IMG/VR virus record: IMGVR_UViG_3300011339_000063
Coordinates: 1-37,403 of that record
DNA: 37,403 bases
Source: a virus
Taxonomy: Duplodnaviria > Caudoviricetes
Reading direction: 5' to 3' (one strand)
Shown here: positions 25,838-34,774 of the stretch, piece by piece
Numbering within the stretch: the stretch's first letter is position 1
Layout of the letters: each line of letters starts with the position of its first letter
Made by a program: the position numbers and the translations under genes
The notes under the pieces: model-generated
Databases searched by the model: none
Told to the model about the DNA's origin: nothing
Seen by the model: only the letters and a program-made list of their open reading frames with translations

Positions 25838-26788
25838 TTACTCTGCCAAGTCAGCAATAATTGCGTGAGCAGCTTGATTACGCACTTCTAGTGTGTATTC
25901 TACTAAAAGTTGTGTAACATCTGCGTCACCAGATTTAGCCAATTCATTTGTTTGGAATGGGCGTAAATATGCAACTGCTGCGTACTCTGGATCAAGAACA
26001 AATGCTTGTTCACCACTATCACCAGAATCTGCAGTCATAAATCTGTTAGGTACAACAGATAATGTGCCGAAGTCTGATAAGTAAACATCTGCTGCACCGA
26101 TAATGGTTGTTGGTTTGTCACCAGTAGCCATATAACGTTGAGCTGCAACACCAGTAAATGCTGATACGTTTACTTTTTGTGTTGGAGTTGTCATAAGAAC
26201 TGTTGGATTACCACCATTTGTAAATGCAGATTTTACTGCTGTTTTAAGCATTGTTTCTGAAAAAGCTGCGTCTGTACCAGATACACGAGCTGTAGTGCCT
26301 AATGAACCAGCAGTACCGTTAGTGCCACCAACGTAGTTAGAATTTAACCAAGTTTGTAAACCACCAAGTGTACGAGCTGTTGTAGCATTACCTGCTGATG
26401 CAACTGTGTTGCTTAAAAGTGCTTTTTCCATGTCACGTTTAATTTCAGCAGAAACTTTAGCTAATTGGTAAGCCTTTTCAGATTTACGACCAGCTTTGTT
26501 AATTGCTTCCATAGTACCAGAAATCTTAATCGTTTTAGATGAGATTTGAGTTCTGTTACCTACTCGTGTTGTTGGACTAATTGTAATGTCAGAAGCTGTG
26601 TCACCTTCAACTACAGCGTTAGCTGCTGCTGCTGCAAGTGAATCAGTTTGCCATTCGTGATATGTTGCTGTTGCTTTTGTCTTACCAATAGAACTCATAA
26701 ATGGAGTTTCTGTTGGCGAAATGTTATAAATAACATCTGACAAATCTTCTCTATTACCAATAGAGGTATAGGTTTGATACGTTGCCAT
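25838..26788 (-). CDS. Major capsid protein (DUF5309/SU10-like)
   Basis: GNREDLSDVIYNISPTETPF, HEWQTD, N.TQI, KRD.E, SDFG and LAK.GD motifs; follows the scaffold. Confidence 0.9.
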   Translation of the reverse strand: MATYQTYTSIGNREDLSDVIYNISPTETPFMSSIGKTKATATYHEWQTDSLAAAAANAVVEGDTASDITISPTTRVGNRTQISSKTIKISGTMEAINKAGRKSEKAYQLAKVSAEIKRDMEKALLSNTVASAGNATTARTLGGLQTWLNSNYVGGTNGTAGSLGTTARVSGTDAAFSETMLKTAVKSAFTNGGNPTVLMTTPTQKVNVSAFTGVAAQRYMATGDKPTTIIGAADVYLSDFGTLSVVPNRFMTADSGDSGEQAFVLDPEYAAVAYLRPFQTNELAKSGDADVTQLLVEYTLEVRNQAAHAIIADLAE

Positions 26789-26797
26789 GATTTTTCC

Positions 26798-27790
26798 TTA
26801 TTCTAAAAATTGTTCAAATAAAGCTGCGGCATCTCGGACTCTGCCTGTTTGTCGCAACTGTGCTTTTTGTTTTTTCATTGTTTCGTTGTTACCTGCTTTT
26901 GCTACAGTACCAGACTTCATCATCTTAGGTGCTTCAGCTATTTTTTTTGTCAAGGCTGGTTTTGACTTTTGCAATTTGTCATACATCATAGCCTTGTGCA
27001 ATGCAACAACGTGCCTAGAATCATAGACCGAAGATAATTCTTGATCTGTAAATCCTAAACTTTGACCATAAGCACGAATCTCTTTTCTGAGGTTATCGCC
27101 TTTGGTTGGATCTGAAAACTCTGGTAGAACTTGAGTCAATTTTTGTGCTTCTTGAGCAACTCTTTGTTGCATGGCTTGAGCTTGTTCCGCTTGTTGCATT
27201 TGTGCAATGCGATCCTGCTCTGCTCTTATAGCTTGGAGTTGTTCTTTCTTTTCAGAAAGTTCAGCCACTTTGACTGCATATCCTATAGGGTCGTTTTCCT
27301 TTAGAGAAGCTAAATCCTCTTGTGGTGCTTGTGATACTATGAATTGCTCCATAGCTTGCAAGCGTTGAGCATACAAATCACGAGCATACTTGGCTTCTTC
27401 AATTGCTTGACGTTCAGCTTCAACAGCCTTACGTTGTTCAGCAACTTCAGTAGTTTTTTTCGTATAGTCAGCACCAAGTTGATAACCTTTAATTAATTCA
27501 TCAAGGGTAACATCCTTTTCTTCGCCAGCAGCTTTTACCTTGTAGCGTGGTTGTTCCTCTTCTTCAACTTCTGTTTCTTCTTGTTCTTCAGCTTCGCCTT
27601 CTTCTGTTTCTACTTCTTCAGTTTGTGGCTCTGCTTCTTGAGCTTCTACTTGTTCAGTTTCTTGTTCACCTTCTAATTGCTCCGTAGAGTTAGCTGGGGT
27701 GTTCATTAGACCTTCAAAAGCATTGGCTGCTTGACCTACAGTAAGCGTGCCACTTCCAGAATTTTCTGGAGTCATGGTTGTTTCACTCAT
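26798..27790 (-). CDS. Capsid scaffolding protein
   Basis: Acidic N-terminus, VTLDEL..GY...DYT.KT motif, coiled coil and basic C-terminus. Confidence 0.85.
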   Translation of the reverse strand: MSETTMTPENSGSGTLTVGQAANAFEGLMNTPANSTEQLEGEQETEQVEAQEAEPQTEEVETEEGEAEEQEETEVEEEEQPRYKVKAAGEEKDVTLDELIKGYQLGADYTKKTTEVAEQRKAVEAERQAIEEAKYARDLYAQRLQAMEQFIVSQAPQEDLASLKENDPIGYAVKVAELSEKKEQLQAIRAEQDRIAQMQQAEQAQAMQQRVAQEAQKLTQVLPEFSDPTKGDNLRKEIRAYGQSLGFTDQELSSVYDSRHVVALHKAMMYDKLQKSKPALTKKIAEAPKMMKSGTVAKAGNNETMKKQKAQLRQTGRVRDAAALFEQFLE

Positions 27791-27840
27791 TTTTATTTCC
27801 TATATTACCTCTATGGGAGGTGTACCAAATGTAGAATTGT

Positions 27841-28074
27841 CTACAATATTTTCCACGACTTACTTTTAATTTCGCCAGTTTTAGCGATTGATTCTAAGTG
27901 AGCCATGAGTTCGTTGTAACAAGCTATGCGTTGATATGCTTGTTCTCTTATGTCTTTATCTTGATCGTGAGAGTATACAATGGTGTTAATGTGTTGTTGT
28001 TTTAACTCTTCCATTACATCAAGAAAATGTTGATCTTGTAATAACGCTTTAATTGCAGCTAATTTATCTTGCAT
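27841..28074 (-). CDS. Small hypothetical protein between portal and scaffold
   Basis: 77 aa, TAATG-coupled to the portal. Confidence 0.7.
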   Translation of the reverse strand: MQDKLAAIKALLQDQHFLDVMEELKQQHINTIVYSHDQDKDIREQAYQRIACYNELMAHLESIAKTGEIKSKSWKIL

Positions 28075-30125
28075 TATTGTCCTGTTTGAGCTTTGTTAAA
28101 CTTTTCTAATGTATCTATAACTGTTTTAGTTTGTGAGTTACGAGTCATCTCTGATTGATTAGTAGCGTCAGATTGAATTTTAAATGCTTGCATTTGTAAT
28201 TCTAATTGTTTACGAGCATTATCTAATTCCATTTGTTGCTTCTCTAATTGAAGTTTAGCCATTTCAGTTTGTGATTTAAGTTGAGCTTTTTCACGTTCAA
28301 CTTGGGCCAAGATTTCAGCTGCCCTAGTATTTGGGTCTGGTTTTTCTTGTGATGCTTGTTGTATAATTTGCTGTTCAACTTCTGGAGTAATTTCATTCAT
28401 AAACGCTGTAGCATCTTTGAACCCTGCCATATGTACAAACTTAGCCAATGTATCTCTGTATTGTTTTAATGAGATAAGAGGATTGCTTACACCATAAGCC
28501 TGTAAGATTTGCTCTTGTTTACCTAAAATCATTTGCATAGTAGCTAGTTGTTCTTGACGTGATCCAGTACCTAAGCCTACATTAATTGTAACGTTGTATT
28601 CTGTATCCCATTCACGAGGATCAAACGGTACAAATCTACCATTAATACGAAGTGTTCTTACTGTGTCTTGATACTTGCATAGTAATTGTAGAATGCCTTT
28701 AAATAATGACTTAACGCCTGTTTCTGCAAATATACGAGCAATAAGTTCTAACTTACCATAAGATGCATTTGACATTGCAGAAACTGCTGCGGCTGTAACA
28801 TTTTGCAATACATCTGGATTTAATCCTTGTTGAGCATCACTAACACCAGTACGCTTAGCTTGTATACCGTCTAAGTATTCTAGCATAGGGAATGATTGTG
28901 ATGCACTTGATTGTACTGTTAACGGTACAAGTGCACCTGCACTTTTAACACGAATTACACCGCCTGCTGTTGATGTCAGTAAGTCATCTAAATTTACTTG
29001 GCCTTCTACAGCTGCAATTCTAGAATTATTTGTTAAATATAAGTTATCTAGCATTTGACGAGTAACTGTAGACTTAATAAGTTGAATGTCTAAAGTACGA
29101 TCCGCTAATGATTGGCCATAGAATTTATGTGGAATTGGTATTGGACAGATTGAATGAAATGGTACATAGTCACACTCCATATCTTCTAAAATTTCATTAG
29201 ATGCATACACAATACGTCTAAGCTCTGCAATACCATCTTCATTATAATCAACTTTAATGTAGCATTCGTAAACTTCTACCACTTCCATAGATTGATCTTG
29301 TGAACCCATGCTGTTAGGTTGCTCACCACGAGAGTAACGAGCAATTCTATCTGGACTAAACTCTAAAGTATCGCCAGATCCTAAAGAATCTACAAGATCT
29401 TTGTCAAAACCCATAGCAACTAATTCAGAACGAGTAATCATTCTGCGGTGTGCTACAAATGGTGAGTCTTGAATTGTTTTAGCACGTTTAGATATTAAAA
29501 ACTCTTCTGGAGGAACATTCTCTACAACTATTTTTCCTCTGTTCTTTGTGCGTTTTAATGTAACGTTATTAGATTTGCTGAATGTTGTTTGGCCAGTAAG
29601 TTCATCTACTGTTGACTCTTCAATAATTTCTTGTGATATAAGTTCTATTTCTGGATCTTGCATAAGCATCATTAGCTCATCATCTGATAGGCCTTCATAC
29701 TTTTCTTTTGTAACATCTAGTGCATCATTCCAGTATGCTTTTACAACACCAGTCTTTTGTAGCAATGCATCTTTAAACCAATTATGAAGGATTAAGAATC
29801 CATCGTTATCTTTATAGAATACATGATTAACTAATTGTGTGGCTTGTTCAGCTTTTAACTCGTCACCATCTTTAGCTGGAGCAAATTCTACAACATTATC
29901 ACTAGAGGTAAAAACACGAATCAACTGAGGCAATGCACCATCCACCGCTTCTGCAACTTCACCTGTAACAATAGTTGATTTACCCTCAACTTCGTTACCG
30001 TATGGTTCACGCAAATAATATTCTAGTGCCTGTTGACGTTCATCTGTAGTATCTGTTTCTAGATAACCTAATGAGTCATCTATTTCAGATTCAATAATCG
30101 TCTTTAATTTGTTAATATCAATCAT
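28074..30125 (-). CDS. Portal protein (P22-like)
   Basis: 683 aa with a C-terminal Gln-rich coiled-coil barrel; follows TerL. Confidence 0.88.
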   Translation of the reverse strand: MIDINKLKTIIESEIDDSLGYLETDTTDERQQALEYYLREPYGNEVEGKSTIVTGEVAEAVDGALPQLIRVFTSSDNVVEFAPAKDGDELKAEQATQLVNHVFYKDNDGFLILHNWFKDALLQKTGVVKAYWNDALDVTKEKYEGLSDDELMMLMQDPEIELISQEIIEESTVDELTGQTTFSKSNNVTLKRTKNRGKIVVENVPPEEFLISKRAKTIQDSPFVAHRRMITRSELVAMGFDKDLVDSLGSGDTLEFSPDRIARYSRGEQPNSMGSQDQSMEVVEVYECYIKVDYNEDGIAELRRIVYASNEILEDMECDYVPFHSICPIPIPHKFYGQSLADRTLDIQLIKSTVTRQMLDNLYLTNNSRIAAVEGQVNLDDLLTSTAGGVIRVKSAGALVPLTVQSSASQSFPMLEYLDGIQAKRTGVSDAQQGLNPDVLQNVTAAAVSAMSNASYGKLELIARIFAETGVKSLFKGILQLLCKYQDTVRTLRINGRFVPFDPREWDTEYNVTINVGLGTGSRQEQLATMQMILGKQEQILQAYGVSNPLISLKQYRDTLAKFVHMAGFKDATAFMNEITPEVEQQIIQQASQEKPDPNTRAAEILAQVEREKAQLKSQTEMAKLQLEKQQMELDNARKQLELQMQAFKIQSDATNQSEMTRNSQTKTVIDTLEKFNKAQTGQ

Positions 30126-31418
30126 CTATACTATCCATTTGTTATTTACGTTTAAGGGCTGACCCCAATCAGAACCACTTTCATCTAAGCCTATTGCTAA
30201 ATATCTAAATGCGTCAGCAGAATGTGAACACCAATCATGTAGTGGTGTATCAAAGAATACATTACGCTTCTCATCATATGTTCTACGATAGTTTCGTAAT
30301 GCATCTATACCTTGCTTAACGTCTTTATCAAACCAGCATCTAGGAAGTAATCTGCGTACTGCTTGAATTCCATCTGCAACTGGTAGTTTTTTTACTACTG
30401 TGATCTCTAGTCCTGCATCTTGTAACATCTCTTTACGAGATTTACCTGTACCTAACTCTCTTACTTCTACATCATGAGGTAACAACTGTACAGCACCAAT
30501 CCAACCATTATCACGCAACCAAGCAACATAAGTATCTAATCCTTGTCCATGATTTTCATAAAAATCTACAAGTCTGATTTCTTTACCTACTACTTGTGCT
30601 ACCCAAATTGCTGTGCTATCTGATATACCTAAGTCCCATGCACAATATGTTTTTGCTAGTTCTTCTCTAGGTATAGATGTTATCTTGTTATTCTTTTCTA
30701 AGTCATTAATGATCTGGCCATAGTATGAACCTTCTACTGCTGCATTAAATGAGCATTCAAACTCTTGATTGTATTTATCATCACCCATTTCATTTTTAGC
30801 TGAAACCAATTCATTTGCATCTAATAACTTTGTTTCAGATGCTTTAAACTCTAACAGTTTCCATTGATCGTCACCTTTATTAGCACGATCTCTTAAATCT
30901 TTAAAATGATTATTACCTTTAGGTGTACCAATAAACATTGCCCAACCTAACCGATCAGATAATGCTGGTCGTACAACTTCACTAAATATACTTGGATTTA
31001 CATCACCAATCTCATCAATTACTACACCATCTAAATAGATGCCACGAAGAGAATCTGGTGAGTCTGCTCCGTACAATGAAATACGTCTACCCATGAAATC
31101 AACTCTTAACTCCGCTATGTTAGCAATAGCACCTAGTGGCCTTGTATAGTTAAGTAAGTAATCCCATGCAATACGTTTACATTGTGAGTACGTTGGAGCA
31201 ATATATGCAAATCTTGGATTAGGTTTATCACACAGTAGCGATGAATGTATCAACTGGTTTATAGCTGATACAGTTTTGCCCATACGTCTATGAGCCACCA
31301 CTACTGTGAACCTGTTGTCCTTCACCATTTGGTGAATCAACTTCTGTGGAGCACGAGGTATGTAATCGGTAGATACTATGTCCTCGTCATCGTAAACTGT
31401 TTCAATTTCTTCAGACAT
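30126..31418 (-). CDS. terL: Terminase large subunit
   Basis: HRRMGKT (Walker A), VVIDE (Walker B), GTPKG, WDLG and SH.ADA motifs. Confidence 0.95.
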   Translation of the reverse strand: MSEEIETVYDDEDIVSTDYIPRAPQKLIHQMVKDNRFTVVVAHRRMGKTVSAINQLIHSSLLCDKPNPRFAYIAPTYSQCKRIAWDYLLNYTRPLGAIANIAELRVDFMGRRISLYGADSPDSLRGIYLDGVVIDEIGDVNPSIFSEVVRPALSDRLGWAMFIGTPKGNNHFKDLRDRANKGDDQWKLLEFKASETKLLDANELVSAKNEMGDDKYNQEFECSFNAAVEGSYYGQIINDLEKNNKITSIPREELAKTYCAWDLGISDSTAIWVAQVVGKEIRLVDFYENHGQGLDTYVAWLRDNGWIGAVQLLPHDVEVRELGTGKSRKEMLQDAGLEITVVKKLPVADGIQAVRRLLPRCWFDKDVKQGIDALRNYRRTYDEKRNVFFDTPLHDWCSHSADAFRYLAIGLDESGSDWGQPLNVNNKWIV

Positions 31419-31653
31419 CTATGCCTGTTATAACTTTAATGGATACTGGCTGATCAGCATCGCCTGTAATTTCAGTAGAAGATAAATCTGGTAGACTCTT
31501 CTTCAATAGTAGCTCAATTGCTTTCATTCTTGTTGCTGAAATCTCATTTTCAGTCAAGCCAAGTGCATGATTTTGAAGAACATTTACGAGCTGACTGGTT
31601 TGAATCTTAGTCCTTACTTCTTCTTGATGTCTTTTGCGTAATCTCTCTGCCAT
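31411..31653 (-). CDS. Putative terminase small subunit
   Basis: 80-aa helical protein overlapping the TerL start; LLKK.LPDL...EITG motif. Confidence 0.65.
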   Translation of the reverse strand: MAERLRKRHQEEVRTKIQTSQLVNVLQNHALGLTENEISATRMKAIELLLKKSLPDLSSTEITGDADQPVSIKVITGIDV

Positions 31654-31697
31654 GATTGTAACTCCATTACTGGGTCATTACCTTTGTTGTTAAATGT

Positions 31698-31949
31698 TTA
31701 CCACTTTACTTTGTTAGCCCAGTAAGCTGCACTCATCTTACCTTTAGCTATATTATCAGAATGTCTTGCCTTAAATGATTTAGATCTTGCTGTATCTTTT
31801 TTATCGCCACTAACACCTTGCTGGCCAAAACGGATAAGTTTCTCTTTGTCACCTACCTTAGCTAATACTGCATGGCTTTTAGTAGGATGGTTTGGAGTTC
31901 TCTTAGGCTTATTAACTCCAGAGAATGTTTCTTTACCCTTCTTAATCAT
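31698..31949 (-). CDS. Basic hypothetical protein (RFGQQG...FKARH...YWA...KW)
   Basis: 83 aa, Lys-rich, ATGA-coupled to the upstream micro-ORF. Confidence 0.8.
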   Translation of the reverse strand: MIKKGKETFSGVNKPKRTPNHPTKSHAVLAKVGDKEKLIRFGQQGVSGDKKDTARSKSFKARHSDNIAKGKMSAAYWANKVKW

Positions 31950-32095
31950 TTCTTTTTCGCTTTTATGTTTTTATAGTGTAAAAGTTTTACAGAAGTCTTA
32001 CTATGTTCTTTACCTGTAAACAAGCCACTAGGCATTTTATGAGTAGCACCTGTCCACTCTTTACCATTAGGCAAGTAATGTTTAACGCCTTTCAT
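31946..32095 (-). CDS. Lys-rich microprotein (49 aa), not in ORF track
   Basis: MKGVKHYLPNGKEWTGATHKMPSGLFTGKEHSKTSVKLLHYKNIKAKKK*; ATGA overlaps at both ends. Confidence 0.75.
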   Translation of the reverse strand: MKGVKHYLPNGKEWTGATHKMPSGLFTGKEHSKTSVKLLHYKNIKAKKK

Positions 32096-32259
32096 TTCTT
32101 TGCTTTTTTAACAGGCTTGGCTGTCTTTGCAGCTTGTTTAAATGCCATAGCTGTAGGAGCACCTTTAGATCCTACCTTACGCATTTTTTCGCCAGAACCC
32201 TGAGCAATACGTTTTTTCTTTGCTGCGATGTTGGCATAAAGTCCAATTTTAGTAGCCAC
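32092..32259 (-). CDS. Lys/Ala-rich microprotein (55 aa), not in ORF track
   Basis: GTG start: MATKIGLYANIAAKKKRIAQGSGEKMRKVGSKGAPTAMAFKQAAKTAKPVKKAKK*; AAGGGG SD. Confidence 0.8.
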   Translation of the reverse strand: MATKIGLYANIAAKKKRIAQGSGEKMRKVGSKGAPTAMAFKQAAKTAKPVKKAKK

Positions 32260-32380
32260 TTTTCATCCCCTTTTTTGCAGGTTCAGCAACCATCTTTTTG
32301 CCTGTCTTTTTAGCTTCTTTTTTTGCAGCTGCAACACCAGCTTTTGTATAACTAAATTTTTTACCATTAACGTTTGGCAT
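32249..32380 (-). CDS. Lys/Ala-rich microprotein (43 aa), not in ORF track
   Basis: MPNVNGKKFSYTKAGVAAAKKEAKKTGKKMVAEPAKKGMKSGY*; AAGGGG SD. Confidence 0.8.
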   Translation of the reverse strand: MPNVNGKKFSYTKAGVAAAKKEAKKTGKKMVAEPAKKGMKSGY

Positions 32381-32402
32381 TATTTTCCCCTTATTGTATA
32401 AA

Positions 32403-32576
32403 TTACTTTTTCTTTTTCTTACTCATGCCTGCTTCGCTTAATGCAATAGCAATACCTTGAGCTTTAGATTTAACTACCTTGCCACCCTTACCAGAATGAA
32501 GTGTACCAGCCTTATATTCACCCATCACCTTTGCTACCTTCTTCATCTTTCCTGCTTTTGTTGTTGGCTTCTTCAT
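32403..32576 (-). CDS. DUF6496-like Lys-rich microprotein (57 aa), not in ORF track
   Basis: MKKPTTKAGKMKKVAKVMGEYKAGTLHSGKGGKVVKSKAQGIAIALSEAGMSKKKKK*; KV..VM.E.K.GTLHSG...Q.IAIALSEA motif; AAGGA SD. Confidence 0.8.
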   Translation of the reverse strand: MKKPTTKAGKMKKVAKVMGEYKAGTLHSGKGGKVVKSKAQGIAIALSEAGMSKKKKK

Positions 32577-32682
32577 TAGGTATCCTTAATTTAAAATGAG
32601 TTAGGCTTGTACAGTCTAGACAAATATTATAGCCTGTAGTGTCAAACGGTTGGCCGCACTCAGAACAAATAGATACTTGCAT
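32518..32682 (-). CDS. Small Zn-ribbon protein (54 aa)
   Basis: MQVSICSECG...CLDC; ATG at 32682 just after the terminator. The track start at 32727 lies just upstream of the terminator, so that longer ORF would run through it. Confidence 0.5.
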   Translation of the reverse strand: MQVSICSECGQPFDTTGYNICLDCTSLTHFKLRIPNEEANNKSRKDEEGSKGDG

Positions 32683-32692
32683 ACACTTTACT

Positions 32693-32717
32693 AAAAAAAT
32701 GCCCACAGAACGTGGGC
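32693..32717 (-). terminator. Intrinsic terminator in the late leader (tR'-like)
   Basis: GCCCAC-GTTCT-GTGGGC-ATTTTTTT on the minus strand. Confidence 0.85.
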
Positions 32718-32777
32718 TAATAAACAACGGAGGTTGTTGAGTACGAAAGTAATAGATACAATTATCCCAACCCCCAG

Positions 32778-32806
32778 ATTATACCACCAAATGTTATTGA
32801 TGTCAA
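32778..32806 (-). promoter_or_regulatory. Consensus sigma70 late promoter (pR'-like)
   Basis: TTGACA (32806-32801), 17 nt spacer, TATAAT (32783-32778), with TGn extended -10. Confidence 0.9.
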
Positions 32807-32809
32807 GTT

Positions 32810-33133
32810 CTAGTTAGGTATTCTGCGTGTAGCAATAGTTAAAAGGTTATCTAATGCTTGGTTCATGTGGTAATCTTGCAACACTTCTGCCTTTGATCCT
32901 AAGTATCTATGATACACAGCATTCTGCTGCCTCTCTGGTAATGAATGTATTATAGCGTCAATAGTTCTAACGTGATCAGATGTCATAGATTCATAAAGCT
33001 CATCAAACGAAGTACTCGTTCCACCACCATACATACCAGATGACTTTGTTGGATACCCAAGTTGTTTTGATGTACTCTGTTTCATGTAAACAGACCATGC
33101 CTTTAATAAATCAAGTAAATGATCCATTGTCAT
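32810..33133 (-). CDS. Putative Q-like late antiterminator / sigma region-4-like regulator
   Basis: L..W..Y.....LGYP..S...ID..I.SLP..Q..AV..RY pattern; ends 3 nt before the promoter and terminator unit. Confidence 0.7.
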   Translation of the reverse strand: MTMDHLLDLLKAWSVYMKQSTSKQLGYPTKSSGMYGGGTSTSFDELYESMTSDHVRTIDAIIHSLPERQQNAVYHRYLGSKAEVLQDYHMNQALDNLLTIATRRIPN

Positions 33134-33258
33134 TTACATAATTCCTTTTCAATTAATCTTGCAAATAAAAATACTTGATCAATAGTTGACAGGCCACCTA
33201 AATTTCCAATGCTGACCTTAAATGCTTTTAATATTTGTTCGTCTGTTAATGGGTTCAT
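33130..33258 (-). CDS. Small hypothetical protein (42 aa), not in ORF track
   Basis: MNPLTDEQILKAFKVSIGNLGGLSTIDQVFLFARLIEKELCK*; AAGGA SD and ATGA coupling. Confidence 0.7.
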   Translation of the reverse strand: MNPLTDEQILKAFKVSIGNLGGLSTIDQVFLFARLIEKELCK

Positions 33259-33259
33259 G

Positions 33260-33658
33260 CTAATCCTTTATATAATATAATGCACTTGCGTTAAAACTTT
33301 CAGCGTGTTGCATTCTAAAGTTATTGTGTTTATCTTTATTTTCAGTATGTTTATATATACTTTTAATCCGACCTTCAAAGTTTGGCTCTGGATGAAATAT
33401 TTGTTGTAATAAACATGGACTGTTTACATAATAAACTGTTTGACTTTTTGTTCCACTAGAATTTAACATACGATATGCAACCATTGTTGTAATAGCACCT
33501 TTTATATTGTTATACTTTGCATTTATTCTTCTTGCTATTTCAGTTGATGTTATTCTTTCGTCACTTATAGCCTCAATAATTAATTGCCTTAATTTAGTAA
33601 CGTTAATATTTTCACCATCAACTAAATATAACTTTTGTACTTTAGAGTTGTTATTCAT
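33260..33658 (-). CDS. Putative winged-HTH DNA-binding protein
   Basis: ITSTEIARRINAKYNNIKGAI resembles an HTH. Confidence 0.55.
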   Translation of the reverse strand: MNNNSKVQKLYLVDGENINVTKLRQLIIEAISDERITSTEIARRINAKYNNIKGAITTMVAYRMLNSSGTKSQTVYYVNSPCLLQQIFHPEPNFEGRIKSIYKHTENKDKHNNFRMQHAESFNASALYYIKD

Positions 33659-34140
33659 AATGACATAAACTTAACGTATTTAATTGGGCATATATAAAAG
33701 TTTTGTTTAACATCTTCATATCTTTTATCTTTATAACTTTTAACAATCCAATGCTCTTTTGTTTCTGTTTTAATAATAGCAACGTGAGTTCTTTCTTTGT
33801 TTAAATAAATATAAACGTATGGTTTTGGATTTGAATAATCATAAGAATATTGTGCACATACCATAAAATGTTCTTTATATGGCCAATCTTCTGCACAGGT
33901 AAAACTTGCACCAAGATTTTTTACTTCAACTCGCTTTAATAATTCACTATCTTTTGATATATACATATCACCATCATCAACATTTTCTTTCCAATCTTTG
34001 TAATGCTTTGACCTTTTAATTGGATTAACAGTTACTGCATGGCCAAGATTATTTAACCATTGTGCAATAATCCAAACACCTTCTTGGCTTTTCTCTAAAA
34101 AATCTAAAAATCTTTTATGATCTGTTTCATTGTTAATCAT
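33655..34140 (-). CDS. Putative PD-(D/E)xK nuclease-fold protein
   Basis: DDGD.....RVEVK motif. Confidence 0.55.
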   Translation of the reverse strand: MINNETDHKRFLDFLEKSQEGVWIIAQWLNNLGHAVTVNPIKRSKHYKDWKENVDDGDMYISKDSELLKRVEVKNLGASFTCAEDWPYKEHFMVCAQYSYDYSNPKPYVYIYLNKERTHVAIIKTETKEHWIVKSYKDKRYEDVKQNFYICPIKYVKFMSL

Positions 34141-34460
34141 TAACTAACATCCACTTCTTTTATTTGCCAACGATTGTTTTGTTTATATGTACCCCAAACA
34201 AGTATCTTCCATCCTGCCTTGCGTACATACTTAACAGATTCGCTGTCAGCTATTTTTTTTATTCGTGAGCCCATATTACTTTTAGATGTAACCTGCACCG
34301 CTACTACTTGACCCTCTTCAGTTATAGCAAGGATGTCAATAAACGTAAAGAGGTCTTTTCGTACACCAGCATGAAAATTAAATGTTTCCACTATCTGTAC
34401 TAGTGGGTAGTTTTCCCTCTTCATCTTTGCTAGTGCTACTTGTGTCGGTGACATTGCCAT
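34140..34460 (-). CDS. Putative Holliday junction resolvase-like PD-(D/E)xK nuclease
   Basis: DLF.FIDILAI....V.AVQVT motif; Nin-region position. Confidence 0.6.
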   Translation of the reverse strand: MAMSPTQVALAKMKRENYPLVQIVETFNFHAGVRKDLFTFIDILAITEEGQVVAVQVTSKSNMGSRIKKIADSESVKYVRKAGWKILVWGTYKQNNRWQIKEVDVS

Positions 34461-34659
34461 TAAATTGTTCCTCGTTAGGTTTACTTATTCCATTTAAAAA
34501 TCTTTTTTCTACGTTTCCACTAGATTTATTCAGTTCGTATTCATAAGCGTGTGGTGATACGTCATGACTATTTTTTTTCTTTTTAAATATTTTATCCCAA
34601 TTATCTTGTGCTTTTTGTTCAGAAATTAATAATGGCCTTCTTCCAGATCCCTTACCCAT
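34378..34659 (-). CDS. Hypothetical protein (MGKGS.RRP...NWD.IF motif)
   Basis: GGAGG SD 6 nt upstream of ATG 34659. Confidence 0.65.
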   Translation of the reverse strand: MGKGSGRRPLLISEQKAQDNWDKIFKKKKNSHDVSPHAYEYELNKSSGNVEKRFLNGISKPNEEQFNGNVTDTSSTSKDEEGKLPTSTDSGNI

Positions 34660-34774
34660 CATCATCCTCCATAATATGAATTTTAATATATTTATAAGCT
34701 GCTTCAATTGCTACAAATGGAATTAAGAATGGCACTAACATAAAACCAGTAATGCCTACAATAAACCTTAACAT
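34652..34774 (-). CDS. Small membrane protein (40 aa), not in ORF track
   Basis: MLRFIVGITGFMLVPFLIPFVAIEAAYKYIKIHIMEDDDG*; GGAGG SD and TAATG coupling. Confidence 0.65.
   Translation of the reverse strand: MLRFIVGITGFMLVPFLIPFVAIEAAYKYIKIHIMEDDDG

Noticed and set aside
32003-32203. 66-aa plus-strand ORF
   Set aside because: Antisense to the well-supported Lys-rich minus-strand micro-ORFs.
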